A DNA stretch of 64,000 nt. Origin: Andalucia godoyi And28. Its lineage: Eukaryota; Protista; Jakobida. Under the pieces are notes generated by a model. That model saw only the letters and a program-made list of their open reading frames with translations, was not told the origin of the DNA and did no database searches. Both the position numbers and the translations under genes were made by a program. Positions 45,956 through 54,341 of this stretch are shown here, piece after piece (position 1 is the stretch's first letter; every line of letters begins with the position of its first letter). Location: assembly GCA_009859145.1 (NCBI GenBank), contig VRVR01000030.1:177097-241096 (forward strand), in the 5' to 3' direction.

Positions 45956-47269
45956 TTACTTCTCTGACTTGATGTCGTTCGGTTGGACTCTGTACAGAGA
46001 CACCTTGGCCTGTCGAGAAGTGTAATTTGGGTCATTACCTTTTGACCAATCATAGCATTCAGCACATGCAAGTATCAACCCGTCTCCAGAGAAGTTGGCA
46101 CTCGTCATGGCCGAAGGGCGAGCCGGCAAGTGCTTCAGGCGCAGTTGTTGCACAGGGTCCCAGAAATTGACCACGCCATCGCCGCCAACAGTTGCCAGGG
46201 CACCTGCAGGATGCACTGCCACGTCATTTACCGGATACACATCTTGTGCGACGACCATATCTTTCTTTTGTTCAGGCAATCGATGGCATTTGAATGCAAA
46301 ATTCTTGGCTGTCGGTAAGGATTTGTCCACATAACTGACGCAGCACCTTCCTTCTATAGAGCCAACAACAACACTTCGTCCGTTCTGGAAAGCGGCAAGA
46401 CAGCGCAGTTGATAGCGCAAGAGGTTGTCCAGTACTGAATGCACCCTGTCCTGCGCATTCAAGTCAACCGCAAAGATATTCTTTGGCAGATCCCGTGCCG
46501 AACCGACCGCACTTCCGGGCCCACTCATTGGTGTCGCAGTTGCAGCTGCGAGCAATCCGCTGCACGTGTCCATTGCATAAACTCGTTCTGGGAATGAAAC
46601 TCGGGAAACGGGGCCATTTGAAGACGCTCTGACGTCCCAGTAGCACACGGATCTGTCCCATGACGCCGATGCGAAGAAGTTTGGGGCATGGGGAGGCACC
46701 TTACATACCTGCCGGACGGGGGCCGAATGCCCAAATTGTTCATTTTGAGGAGCGCCAAGAACAGTGGATTGCATTGTGTTCAAATCCATCATGCGCACCC
46801 TCCCGTCCGCACAAGCAAGCATGACATGAGTTCCAGTGTCCATCCAGCAGCTGCCGAGAATGGGGCACGGAATGCTGGGGGAGTTTGTTCCACTCGAGGG
46901 ATTTCCAACGCTGGAGACAGCACCGCCAAAGGCAGATGGCATGCCTCCACCCGGAGCAGAAGTGTTTGCAGACGAGGAAGACGACGAGGACTGAATGCTT
47001 GCTTGAGAGAGAGGTTCAACGATGAATTGTGGCTGACCCGGTGGAGAGTTCATCTCGGGGTTTCTGGTTACACGGTACAGAGAGACTGTTCCTGCCCAGG
47101 ATGTCACTGCTAGAAGATGCGCAAGCGTGCCTGGAGGGGCGTTGGGAGATCCTGTTGGAGAAGGAACAGGACAGAACCGAACGCTGGAGATCGTGTCGCT
47201 CGTGGACTGATTGATTTCGAAAAACAAATCGCGAGCATCACGAGCGGGCGGGTTGGACATGCGGTTCAT
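45956..47269 (-). CDS. RAE1: mRNA export factor Rae1/Gle2 (WD40)
   Basis: WD repeats plus GSIEGRC, FAFKCHR, YPVNDVAVHP, GGDGVVNFWD and YDWSKG. Confidence 0.9.
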   Translation of the reverse strand: MNRMSNPPARDARDLFFEINQSTSDTISSVRFCPVPSPTGSPNAPPGTLAHLLAVTSWAGTVSLYRVTRNPEMNSPPGQPQFIVEPLSQASIQSSSSSSSANTSAPGGGMPSAFGGAVSSVGNPSSGTNSPSIPCPILGSCWMDTGTHVMLACADGRVRMMDLNTMQSTVLGAPQNEQFGHSAPVRQVCKVPPHAPNFFASASWDRSVCYWDVRASSNGPVSRVSFPERVYAMDTCSGLLAAATATPMSGPGSAVGSARDLPKNIFAVDLNAQDRVHSVLDNLLRYQLRCLAAFQNGRSVVVGSIEGRCCVSYVDKSLPTAKNFAFKCHRLPEQKKDMVVAQDVYPVNDVAVHPAGALATVGGDGVVNFWDPVQQLRLKHLPARPSAMTSANFSGDGLILACAECYDWSKGNDPNYTSRQAKVSLYRVQPNDIKSEK

Positions 47270-47610
47270 TGGTCTTTAGAGGTCTGACTGTTTTCCCGAA
47301 TACTCCTCCTTTCTCTGTTTCTGCTTCGTGACTGCCTGCGTTGGTGAGAAATGTGAACACAAAAAGAAAGTGTGGGAAAGCAAACAACACTGTACAAGGT
47401 GAAGAAAACAACAAAAAAACAAAAACAAAACCAAAAGCACTCGGGACCTTTTTTATGATATTTGTCTGTTGCGCGATGCAACCACGCTAGGGTGAGTCCA
47501 TGAGCGTACAGCGGGAAGCCTTTTGGGAATTGAGAATTTTGGGATGATGAACCATGACGAGAGAAGAACACAAGCAGCAGCCTGCGGGTAAAGGGTCGGA
47601 TGTCGTTTCC

Positions 47611-48603
47611 CTACCAATTCGCGCGACGTGTCCTCTCGATCCTGCTGCGCACTCTTGTTTTGCATGATGCATCTGCAGCTTCGTCATCGTACTTAGAAAG
47701 CGGAACGACCGTTTTGTGCTTGTGTATGACGTTCAGCAGATGAATCACCTGCTCAAACTCCAAATCCTCCGCGCGACCGTCGAATTTGATGCCCACTTGC
47801 AGGGACATTGCATCATCCAATACGGGAGCTGGAATCACATTGCGTAAAATCTTGCGTTTTCCAGAACCGAACAGTGCTTCCACAGCCTTTTCGCGATCCC
47901 CGAACCCGCCAGCTTGTGGAAGAAACACGGCTTCTGGACGCGGCTCCAACACAATGACTGCGGAACGAACTTTCGGCGGTGGAGAGAACGCTTCAGGAGG
48001 AACATCGAGAACCAGACTGATGTTCTGCATGTGCAAATGCATCATTGCCGCAATTCTTGTCCATTTCCTGGAGAACCTTCCGACTCGCGCAATGCGTTCA
48101 GCGACTTCATACTGCAACATAAACACTGCAGAGTGTTGAAACGGCTGGAACTGGCACATTGAGAGCATGATTGGGACACTCACATTATACGGCAAATTGC
48201 CTAGCACGTGAGAAAAATGGTGTTTTTGACGAAGTAGCAATGAGTCCAGGGCGTCTTCATGCCGCACACGAACGTCCACCTCACCTCCTTCGCAATGTGA
48301 GCTGGCAAGCGTCTTCAGAGACGACAGGAAAGGGATGAATCGCGCATCCTTTTCAATCATTACAAATTCCTTTGGAGAACGGGAAAGAATCGCCTGCGAG
48401 AGACCTCCAGGACCAGGGCCAATCTCCAGTACTCGCTCCCCTTGGATGCCAGTCGACCGCACAGAGGATGCAATCGCATCCAGCAGTGACTCGTTGAACA
48501 GAAAGTGCTGACCCAGATGCTTATCCGCACGGATAGATAAGCGATGCAGTACCCGCTCTATAGGAACCCATAAAGGCATGTCATCCGATGCATGGAGTCT
48601 CAA
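47611..48603 (-). CDS. KsgA/RsmA/Dim1-family rRNA adenine dimethyltransferase (mitochondrial TFB1M-like)
   Basis: KHLGQHFL, VLEIGPGPGGLS, IEKDARF, NLPYNVS and FSPPPKVRSAVI. Confidence 0.9.
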   Translation of the reverse strand: MRLHASDDMPLWVPIERVLHRLSIRADKHLGQHFLFNESLLDAIASSVRSTGIQGERVLEIGPGPGGLSQAILSRSPKEFVMIEKDARFIPFLSSLKTLASSHCEGGEVDVRVRHEDALDSLLLRQKHHFSHVLGNLPYNVSVPIMLSMCQFQPFQHSAVFMLQYEVAERIARVGRFSRKWTRIAAMMHLHMQNISLVLDVPPEAFSPPPKVRSAVIVLEPRPEAVFLPQAGGFGDREKAVEALFGSGKRKILRNVIPAPVLDDAMSLQVGIKFDGRAEDLEFEQVIHLLNVIHKHKTVVPLSKYDDEAADASCKTRVRSRIERTRRANW

Positions 48604-49030
48604 TTGTTCACAACCTAAATCAACAACAGCGCAAGCAGACAGAAGAAAGTAAACTGATGTCGCTCAAGATTCGAGATTCGACAAAGCAGCAGTCCGCTAC
48701 GATTGCTTCAGAACGGACACGGAAAAAAGGGAAGCTTCATTGTTACTTGCAGTCTACAACGCACCCGGTCACCAACCACGCGATATTACGAGAATCTCGG
48801 CGGGAACGAAGGGGCTTTTGCTTCTGCGGAGATGTCTGTGTGCGTATGTTATTGAATAAAACGACATTCGAACGCGGCGAATGGAAGGAGAAATGAACGG
48901 AAAACGCTTTACGAAAAAGAGAGCAGCCTTCTTGGTTATTTTAGAATTTAAAAAAAAAAAAACAAGAAAAAATAATGAAAAATAAGAAAAAATAAGAAAA
49001 GTTTCACCCCATGACCGAGAAACGGCAGGA

Positions 49031-50641
49031 CTAAAGCATGTAATCAAAGCTCATAAAGTTGGAGTAATCTCCACGAACGACGGACGTAAGAAGCGAGTGA
49101 TTCTGCGGTGTTTCCTTGACAGCGACGGCCGCGCGGATCGAGAACGTGCGAAGAGCATCGTAGATGGAAAGGGTTGCTGCAGCGGAGTCTTTTCGAGCGG
49201 TGAACGGAAACGAGTCCGGTCCACGCTGGCACTGGGAGTTGATGTTGATACGGCACACAAGATGCGCAAGATTATCCACAGCAATTCCGATGTTGTGGGG
49301 GTCCGTGCTGAAGACAGACGCCTGCTGTCCGTACGGAGACGCTTCAAGGTCGGAAAGAACTTGGTCAAAATGGGAGAATCTGGCAACTGGCAAGACAGGC
49401 CCAAACTGCTCGACACGGAAGACCTCCATTGAGGAGTCAACCGGAAACAGCACGGTTGGTGCGAAGAACGTGCGATCGCCCTTTCCGCCACGAGACGCAT
49501 TGGCAATCTTTGCACCTTTGGAGACTGCATCGTGGACAAGTCCAGAGAGAAACTCCACCTTTCCCTCCTCGGGAAGAGGGGTAATGCCAACACCAGCATC
49601 CCAGGGCAATCCCATCTTGAGCGCATCAACAGCTGCAGAAAGCTTGCCTACAAACTGTTCTGCAATGTCTTCGTGTACGTAAATGACCTTGATCGCAGTG
49701 CACCGCATCCCCGAGAAGCTAAACGCTCCAGACACGCACTCACGCACAGCAGTTGGAATATCTGCATCTGCAAAAACGATAGCCGGGTTCTTTGCCTCCA
49801 AACCCAAGCACAAACGAAGACGGTTGGGTCTTGGATGCTGTTTCAGCAGCGACTGCGCCGCAGGGGAGGAGCCGATGAGAGCCAGCACATCAACCAGTCC
49901 AGACTGCATGATCGGCGGCATGAGAGCACGGCCAGATCCAAACAGTACATTCACAACTCCAGCAGGAAATGCCTTCTGAATAGTTTCCATCAGCAGTGAA
50001 TTGGCAAGAGCACCTGGACGCGGCATCTTCACAACGCACGTGTTTCCCATGAGAATGGCTGGAATCCATAAGGTCACGCCTTCGTTAATGCAGTAGTTAA
50101 ACGGCGGAAGCACAAGGCACACCCCAAGCGGCATTCTTCGAATTTTCGCGACAAACCCAGAGTCCGACTGCAACGCTGATTCACGATTCACAAGACTCTT
50201 GTACTCTGCAATCGTCAGTTTGATGTACTCGATGGTTCTGTCAATCTCTTTTTCTGCATCTGTCTTGCCCTTTGACACCTCCCACATCAGCATGTCAACA
50301 AGACGGGGCTTGACGGCAGTCATTCCAGCGACAAACGCCTCGATGCAAGCGATTCGAGCCGCGGGGGTCATTCCCGGCCATGTACCACGGCCATTGGCGT
50401 AGGCTTGTTGCGCCGACTGCGTAGCGGCGATGGCTTCCGTTGCAGTAAGAAGCGGAAATGAGCCGATGCAGATCTTCTCCAATTCAGAAGCTCCCTGGAA
50501 ACGAGTAGGAGAGTAAACCTGCTCTGCAGGACCTTCCCACGGAGTCAACTGTCCATTCACAAGAAAGTGGCGGACGTGCTCACTTGGAACAGGCACTGAT
50601 GCACTGCGAGACAGGTACAGTTCTTCAAAAGGAAGAGACAT
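49031..50641 (-). CDS. gapN: NADP-dependent non-phosphorylating glyceraldehyde-3-phosphate dehydrogenase (GAPN-like ALDH)
   Basis: PPFNY, LGLEAKNP (catalytic Glu), FSGMRCTAIK (catalytic Cys), EQFGP and QCQRGPDSFPFTARKDSA. Intronless. Confidence 0.85.
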   Translation of the reverse strand: MSLPFEELYLSRSASVPVPSEHVRHFLVNGQLTPWEGPAEQVYSPTRFQGASELEKICIGSFPLLTATEAIAATQSAQQAYANGRGTWPGMTPAARIACIEAFVAGMTAVKPRLVDMLMWEVSKGKTDAEKEIDRTIEYIKLTIAEYKSLVNRESALQSDSGFVAKIRRMPLGVCLVLPPFNYCINEGVTLWIPAILMGNTCVVKMPRPGALANSLLMETIQKAFPAGVVNVLFGSGRALMPPIMQSGLVDVLALIGSSPAAQSLLKQHPRPNRLRLCLGLEAKNPAIVFADADIPTAVRECVSGAFSFSGMRCTAIKVIYVHEDIAEQFVGKLSAAVDALKMGLPWDAGVGITPLPEEGKVEFLSGLVHDAVSKGAKIANASRGGKGDRTFFAPTVLFPVDSSMEVFRVEQFGPVLPVARFSHFDQVLSDLEASPYGQQASVFSTDPHNIGIAVDNLAHLVCRININSQCQRGPDSFPFTARKDSAAATLSIYDALRTFSIRAAVAVKETPQNHSLLTSVVRGDYSNFMSFDYML

Positions 50642-51356
50642 TCGGAATCCACAAGAAAGAGTCGTATCGCGCCAAAAAACAAAACAAAAACAAAAACAAA
50701 AAACAAAACACAAAACACAAAACACAAACAAACAATGTAACATCAACAAGAATCGCGAACAGACCGCTGCCACTTGCTGCGATATGATGAAGCAATCCAA
50801 AGCGCACGTAAAAAACAGAACCACTGCCACTCGCCTATGCGCATGCGTTTGCTATCTTAACAGCTCTGTCACACGATGCCCCGATTCGTTTCGCTCCATT
50901 TTGATCATGAAATCCCTATAAACACGCCGCCGCGTTGCATTATGCATGTTGTTGGGTTGCAGCATTGATTCTGGTCGATCAACGATGATTATCCGTGGTT
51001 AGTGCACAATGTCGGCGGTAATCGGAAATACCACGAAAAGCGAAGGAAGAATAGCAGTGAATGCCGAAAATCTCCAGTTCCCAGCAGGCAAGAAGCTCAA
51101 CTTCAACTTTTGGAAGAATGCCTCCCCAGCTTTCGTGGACGTACGAACGGGGCTGGGCTTTTCAGCAAGTGTTCACCAAGCACAAGACAACAACACGTGT
51201 GAAGGGGAGAAAGTTGCGTCTAGATTCCAGCATTGAGCGTGTTCGTTGAAGGATACGGCAACACATGGGCTAGGACTAGCAGGCTGCATATGTGACGTAT
51301 TTTCATCAGTGTTTTTTGTTGCGTGTTTTTTTAATTACCGAGGTCAAGCAAAATCG

Positions 51357-52973
51357 TCAAAAGAAAACAATGTTTTTGTTTTCCTGCTCATCGCGAATGT
51401 GAGCTCGATGGCTCTGCACACTGATCTTCGATTTTGCAGGACTCTTCTTCTTGCGGGACATTTTGGCGTAGTTGTGCAACTTGCATTGATTAATGCAAAC
51501 ACCGGCGAGCCAACTATTAATCGGGCAGAAATGGTGGGTGACATCAAAGTACGATTTGCTTTCAAAAACATAGGAATCATGGACTTGGACCACCCCTGTT
51601 TGGTATCTTGCGCCAAGAGTCCGCCCGTTGCCGAGGTACACTTCAACATGCACCATGTTATGGGGATGGTTCTTGGCCTTCTTCTCGGGATAGTATGTGC
51701 CAGAATAAAAGATCAAGTCTCCAGGAACAAGCTCGTGAACAGAAGAGACTCTCTGATGACACAATGTGTCGTATTGATATGACTGATTATAAGAACCGAG
51801 GCGGAAGCCAAAGTCTTCCTGCAGGTCCCACAGTACCCTACGAATCAGACCGCAACAGTCGAGAAACAAAGGACACCAGTAGTACGGACTGGATTGGTCG
51901 TTGTGGTATCGTTTGTGATACGGCACACCAACGTATCCAAGTAACCTGTGCAAATACCGTTGCCGAAGAAGGCTCATGCGCACAGCGTCTCCCATCAAAG
52001 AGTACCGGACTCTTGCCCAGCGCCTTTCAAGCTCGCGCACGGACAGCTTGAGTCCAACGGACTGCAGAAACTCAGGACTTTGAACCACCATTTCATGTTG
52101 CGGCGACGGGGGAATCATTCGTTTGAGAATATGAACTTGACAGACTCCATTGATAAGCAGCGGACCGTACTCGGCACGCAACTTCTGTTTTGGTGCTGCC
52201 TGTTTTTGCAATGCCGATGCATTCGATGGAGTGGATGAGCTGCGCTTTCCCTTCTTTCTCGCTGTCTGCATCGGGAGGACCGCGGCGTCCAATACGTACG
52301 GATCTCGCTGCTTCATCAGGAGTCCCCTGTCCACTTGCGGCTTAGAGACCCTTGCCTCTTTCGGCACCTCTGCAAAATCTTGTCGTGCACTGGCAACCTG
52401 GTTCCTGTTCTCGGCTGCCTTTCCTCGTCGTGATGCCTCCATCGTCGGGCGAACTATTGAAGCAGACTGGCATCTCTTTTCCCTATTGCTGCTATTCTGC
52501 ATTCTAGAAGGTATCTCGATACAGCCAAACACGTCAGCATCATCATTTTCACCGTCATTCTCAGCATCATCGCCATCATCGCCATCGCCATCTTCTTCGT
52601 CCTCATTTGTCCTAAACTCTTCTTCAAAGCTTGCGCTCCGGTCTGTTACTTCGAGAATCACCTTTGGAAATTCTGCGACTTCTTCAAGAACCGGTCGTGC
52701 ACTGCTGTGACCGATCGACTGTGCACGCATGTTGTCTGCATCATCAACGGAGCGAATTCGGAACAAAGGAACATGAACACTTTTCGGCTTTTCAGACAAC
52801 GGGCCAGCCGATCGATTGCGCTCACGTTCCTGCAGCGGGGCTCTCGACAAGTGAACAGCTTCCGCCACCACCCCCGTTCCCTCACTCACTTCTCGACTGC
52901 TTCCCGCAGACGAAAGCGAGAATGTGTCATTGTGCACCACAAAAACATCCCGTCGGGACGAGGCCAAGCTCAT
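51357..52973 (-). CDS. NlpC/P60-family cysteine hydrolase domain protein with acidic disordered N-terminus
   Basis: YVGVPY, LDCCGL (catalytic Cys), LVPGDLIFY and MVHVEVYLG (catalytic His). Confidence 0.8.
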   Translation of the reverse strand: MSLASSRRDVFVVHNDTFSLSSAGSSREVSEGTGVVAEAVHLSRAPLQERERNRSAGPLSEKPKSVHVPLFRIRSVDDADNMRAQSIGHSSARPVLEEVAEFPKVILEVTDRSASFEEEFRTNEDEEDGDGDDGDDAENDGENDDADVFGCIEIPSRMQNSSNREKRCQSASIVRPTMEASRRGKAAENRNQVASARQDFAEVPKEARVSKPQVDRGLLMKQRDPYVLDAAVLPMQTARKKGKRSSSTPSNASALQKQAAPKQKLRAEYGPLLINGVCQVHILKRMIPPSPQHEMVVQSPEFLQSVGLKLSVRELERRWARVRYSLMGDAVRMSLLRQRYLHRLLGYVGVPYHKRYHNDQSSPYYWCPLFLDCCGLIRRVLWDLQEDFGFRLGSYNQSYQYDTLCHQRVSSVHELVPGDLIFYSGTYYPEKKAKNHPHNMVHVEVYLGNGRTLGARYQTGVVQVHDSYVFESKSYFDVTHHFCPINSWLAGVCINQCKLHNYAKMSRKKKSPAKSKISVQSHRAHIRDEQENKNIVFF

Positions 52974-53220
52974 CTTCAGCACTCCACTGTTCATCCCGTA
53001 AGCAAAACAAAACAAAACAAAACAAAAAACAAAAAACAAAAAACAAAAAACAAAAAACAAAAGCAGACGGTAAGACAACAGAAAAAATGAAAAAGGAGCA
53101 ATAAAGGCAGAGATTATGTGTGCCGTTTATTGTGGACTGCGGAAGCCTGATTTGCCGATTCTCAGATTGCACAGCGAATCGTCAAAAAACCATAAATCAA
53201 AAAACAAAAACAGACGAAGC

Positions 53221-53338
53221 ATTAACGTTTCATTTGGGGCCGTTGCCTACATTAAACACTGAACATGCATATCTACGAATAGACATGCATATTCAGTCTT
53301 GCATCCCGTTGCCGGGAAGGGGAGAGGCCCCAACACGC
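53221..53338 (-). ncRNA. Putative Fanzor omega-RNA scaffold (best-preserved copy)
   Basis: GCGTGTTGGGGCCT, TCCCG-GCAA-CGGGA, 17-bp stem CTGAATATGCATGTCTA-TTCG-TAGATATGCATGTTCAG (53259-53296) with only G-U wobbles, and TTGGGGCC able to pair with GGCCCCAA. Confidence 0.75.
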
Positions 53339-53695
53339 TTCACGGCGCTCTTCAGATAAATGTTCCGCGCTCCGTTCTCAATCTCGATCAATCTGCGAGC
53401 CACTTTTCTCAGCGTGACACGTTGTTCCTGAGAAGGGTGCATTTTGATTCCGACGGCCCTAGCAGCAGGCGTAGTGACACGTGGTCTCTTAGTAGGTCTG
53501 CGGGACCTAGGAGGCCCTGTATCGAGCGGCGTAGGCGTAGGCGAATGCGTCATCCCAGCGCACTCACGCCCATATTTGAATAAAAGAGTGAAACCAACGA
53601 ATGATAGAATAGATGGCTACGGATGCTGCCTTAAAGAGTGTCGAAAATGCGGAGCCTGTGTCACCGGCTGAATTTTGGCCGAGCGTGTGTAAGCA
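53221..53695 (-). mobile_element. Miniature non-autonomous Fanzor2-family element (ORF N-terminus fused to C-terminus)
   Basis: ATG 53553, RRPTKRPR, HTH-like IKMHPSQEQRVTLRK(W), then a jump to IDRD-W-NGARNIYLK (+1 nt insertions). Right end shared with the 38.6 kb and 45.4 kb copies; left block shared with 45705-45760. Confidence 0.88.
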
Positions 53696-53824
53696 CGAAT
53701 TCCCTGTGAAACAAACGTGCTAGTGTCGGCCAGTATTGACCGTGTCTGTTTACGGATACTTCCGTAAACACATGATGACAATGACGTGTTATTATTCCGT
53801 AGTGTCGACTTGTGTCGAAAGTCC

Positions 53825-53860
53825 AAAAAACACAGCAGCAGAAGCAAAAAGTCGCAAAAA
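53825..53860 (-). terminator. Pol III terminator T-runs after 5S rRNA
   Basis: T5, T5 and T6 runs on the minus strand directly after the 5S 3' end. Confidence 0.85.
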
Positions 53861-53976
53861 GTACAGCACTGGGAATTCCCGAGTGGTCACCCACCTCAGT
53901 ACTACTCCAGCCTGAGAGCACTTGACTTCGCAAATCGGACGGGATGCGGTATTTTCACTCTAGTATGGCCGTACCT
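53859..53976 (-). rRNA. 5S: 5S ribosomal RNA
   Basis: AGGTACGGCCATAC...GAAGTCAAG...TAGTACTGAGGTGGGTGACC...GGGAATTCCCAGTGCTGTAC, ~118 nt, with complementary termini and a recognisable internal control region. Confidence 0.96.
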
Positions 53977-54341
53977 GGGAGTGTTCCTTCTATTTTCCAT
54001 AAAGCATCTAGACTAACATCTCACTGCCCTGCAGCCCCCGACTCCGCACAGCCATCATCGAGGCACGGCAACCTGCCGAAGCATTACGACTCTTTTTGTT
54101 TTTGTTTTGACTGCTGTTTCTTGATCAGTGCATTCCGTTCATCATCACCATCGCCTCAACGCACCGCACACATCGGTCGTTTGTGATCAGTAGGCTCTCC
54201 ATCACCAATTTATAAGCAACTTACACACGTGTATCCACACACACGCATACAGAGATTTTTATTTCCTTTTTCTAATTGTTTAATTGGCGATTTTCCCGCA
54301 GCAAACGAGCTTCTTCTGGTTTTTTAAACTGTAATTTCTGA

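Noticed and set aside
45432-53232. Terminal inverted repeats or TTAA target duplication (piggyBac/Tc1-type MITE)
   Set aside because: No inverted copy of TGAAACGTTAAT at the left ends, and the left TTAA lies inside the shared left block rather than at a boundary.
37596-53695. Intact or catalytically dead but domesticated Fanzor protein in this window
   Set aside because: Every copy has stops, frameshifts or large deletions. The 86-aa ORF at 53293-53553 reads key motifs out of frame.
53650-53700. Spliced-leader RNA or snRNA linked to 5S (hairpin, AATTTTGG Sm-like site, hairpin on the plus strand)
   Set aside because: No good splice donor or U-snRNA signature upstream. The homologous block at 45740-45755 reads CAGTTTGG, so the Sm-like site is not conserved and the region is better explained as the transposon left end.
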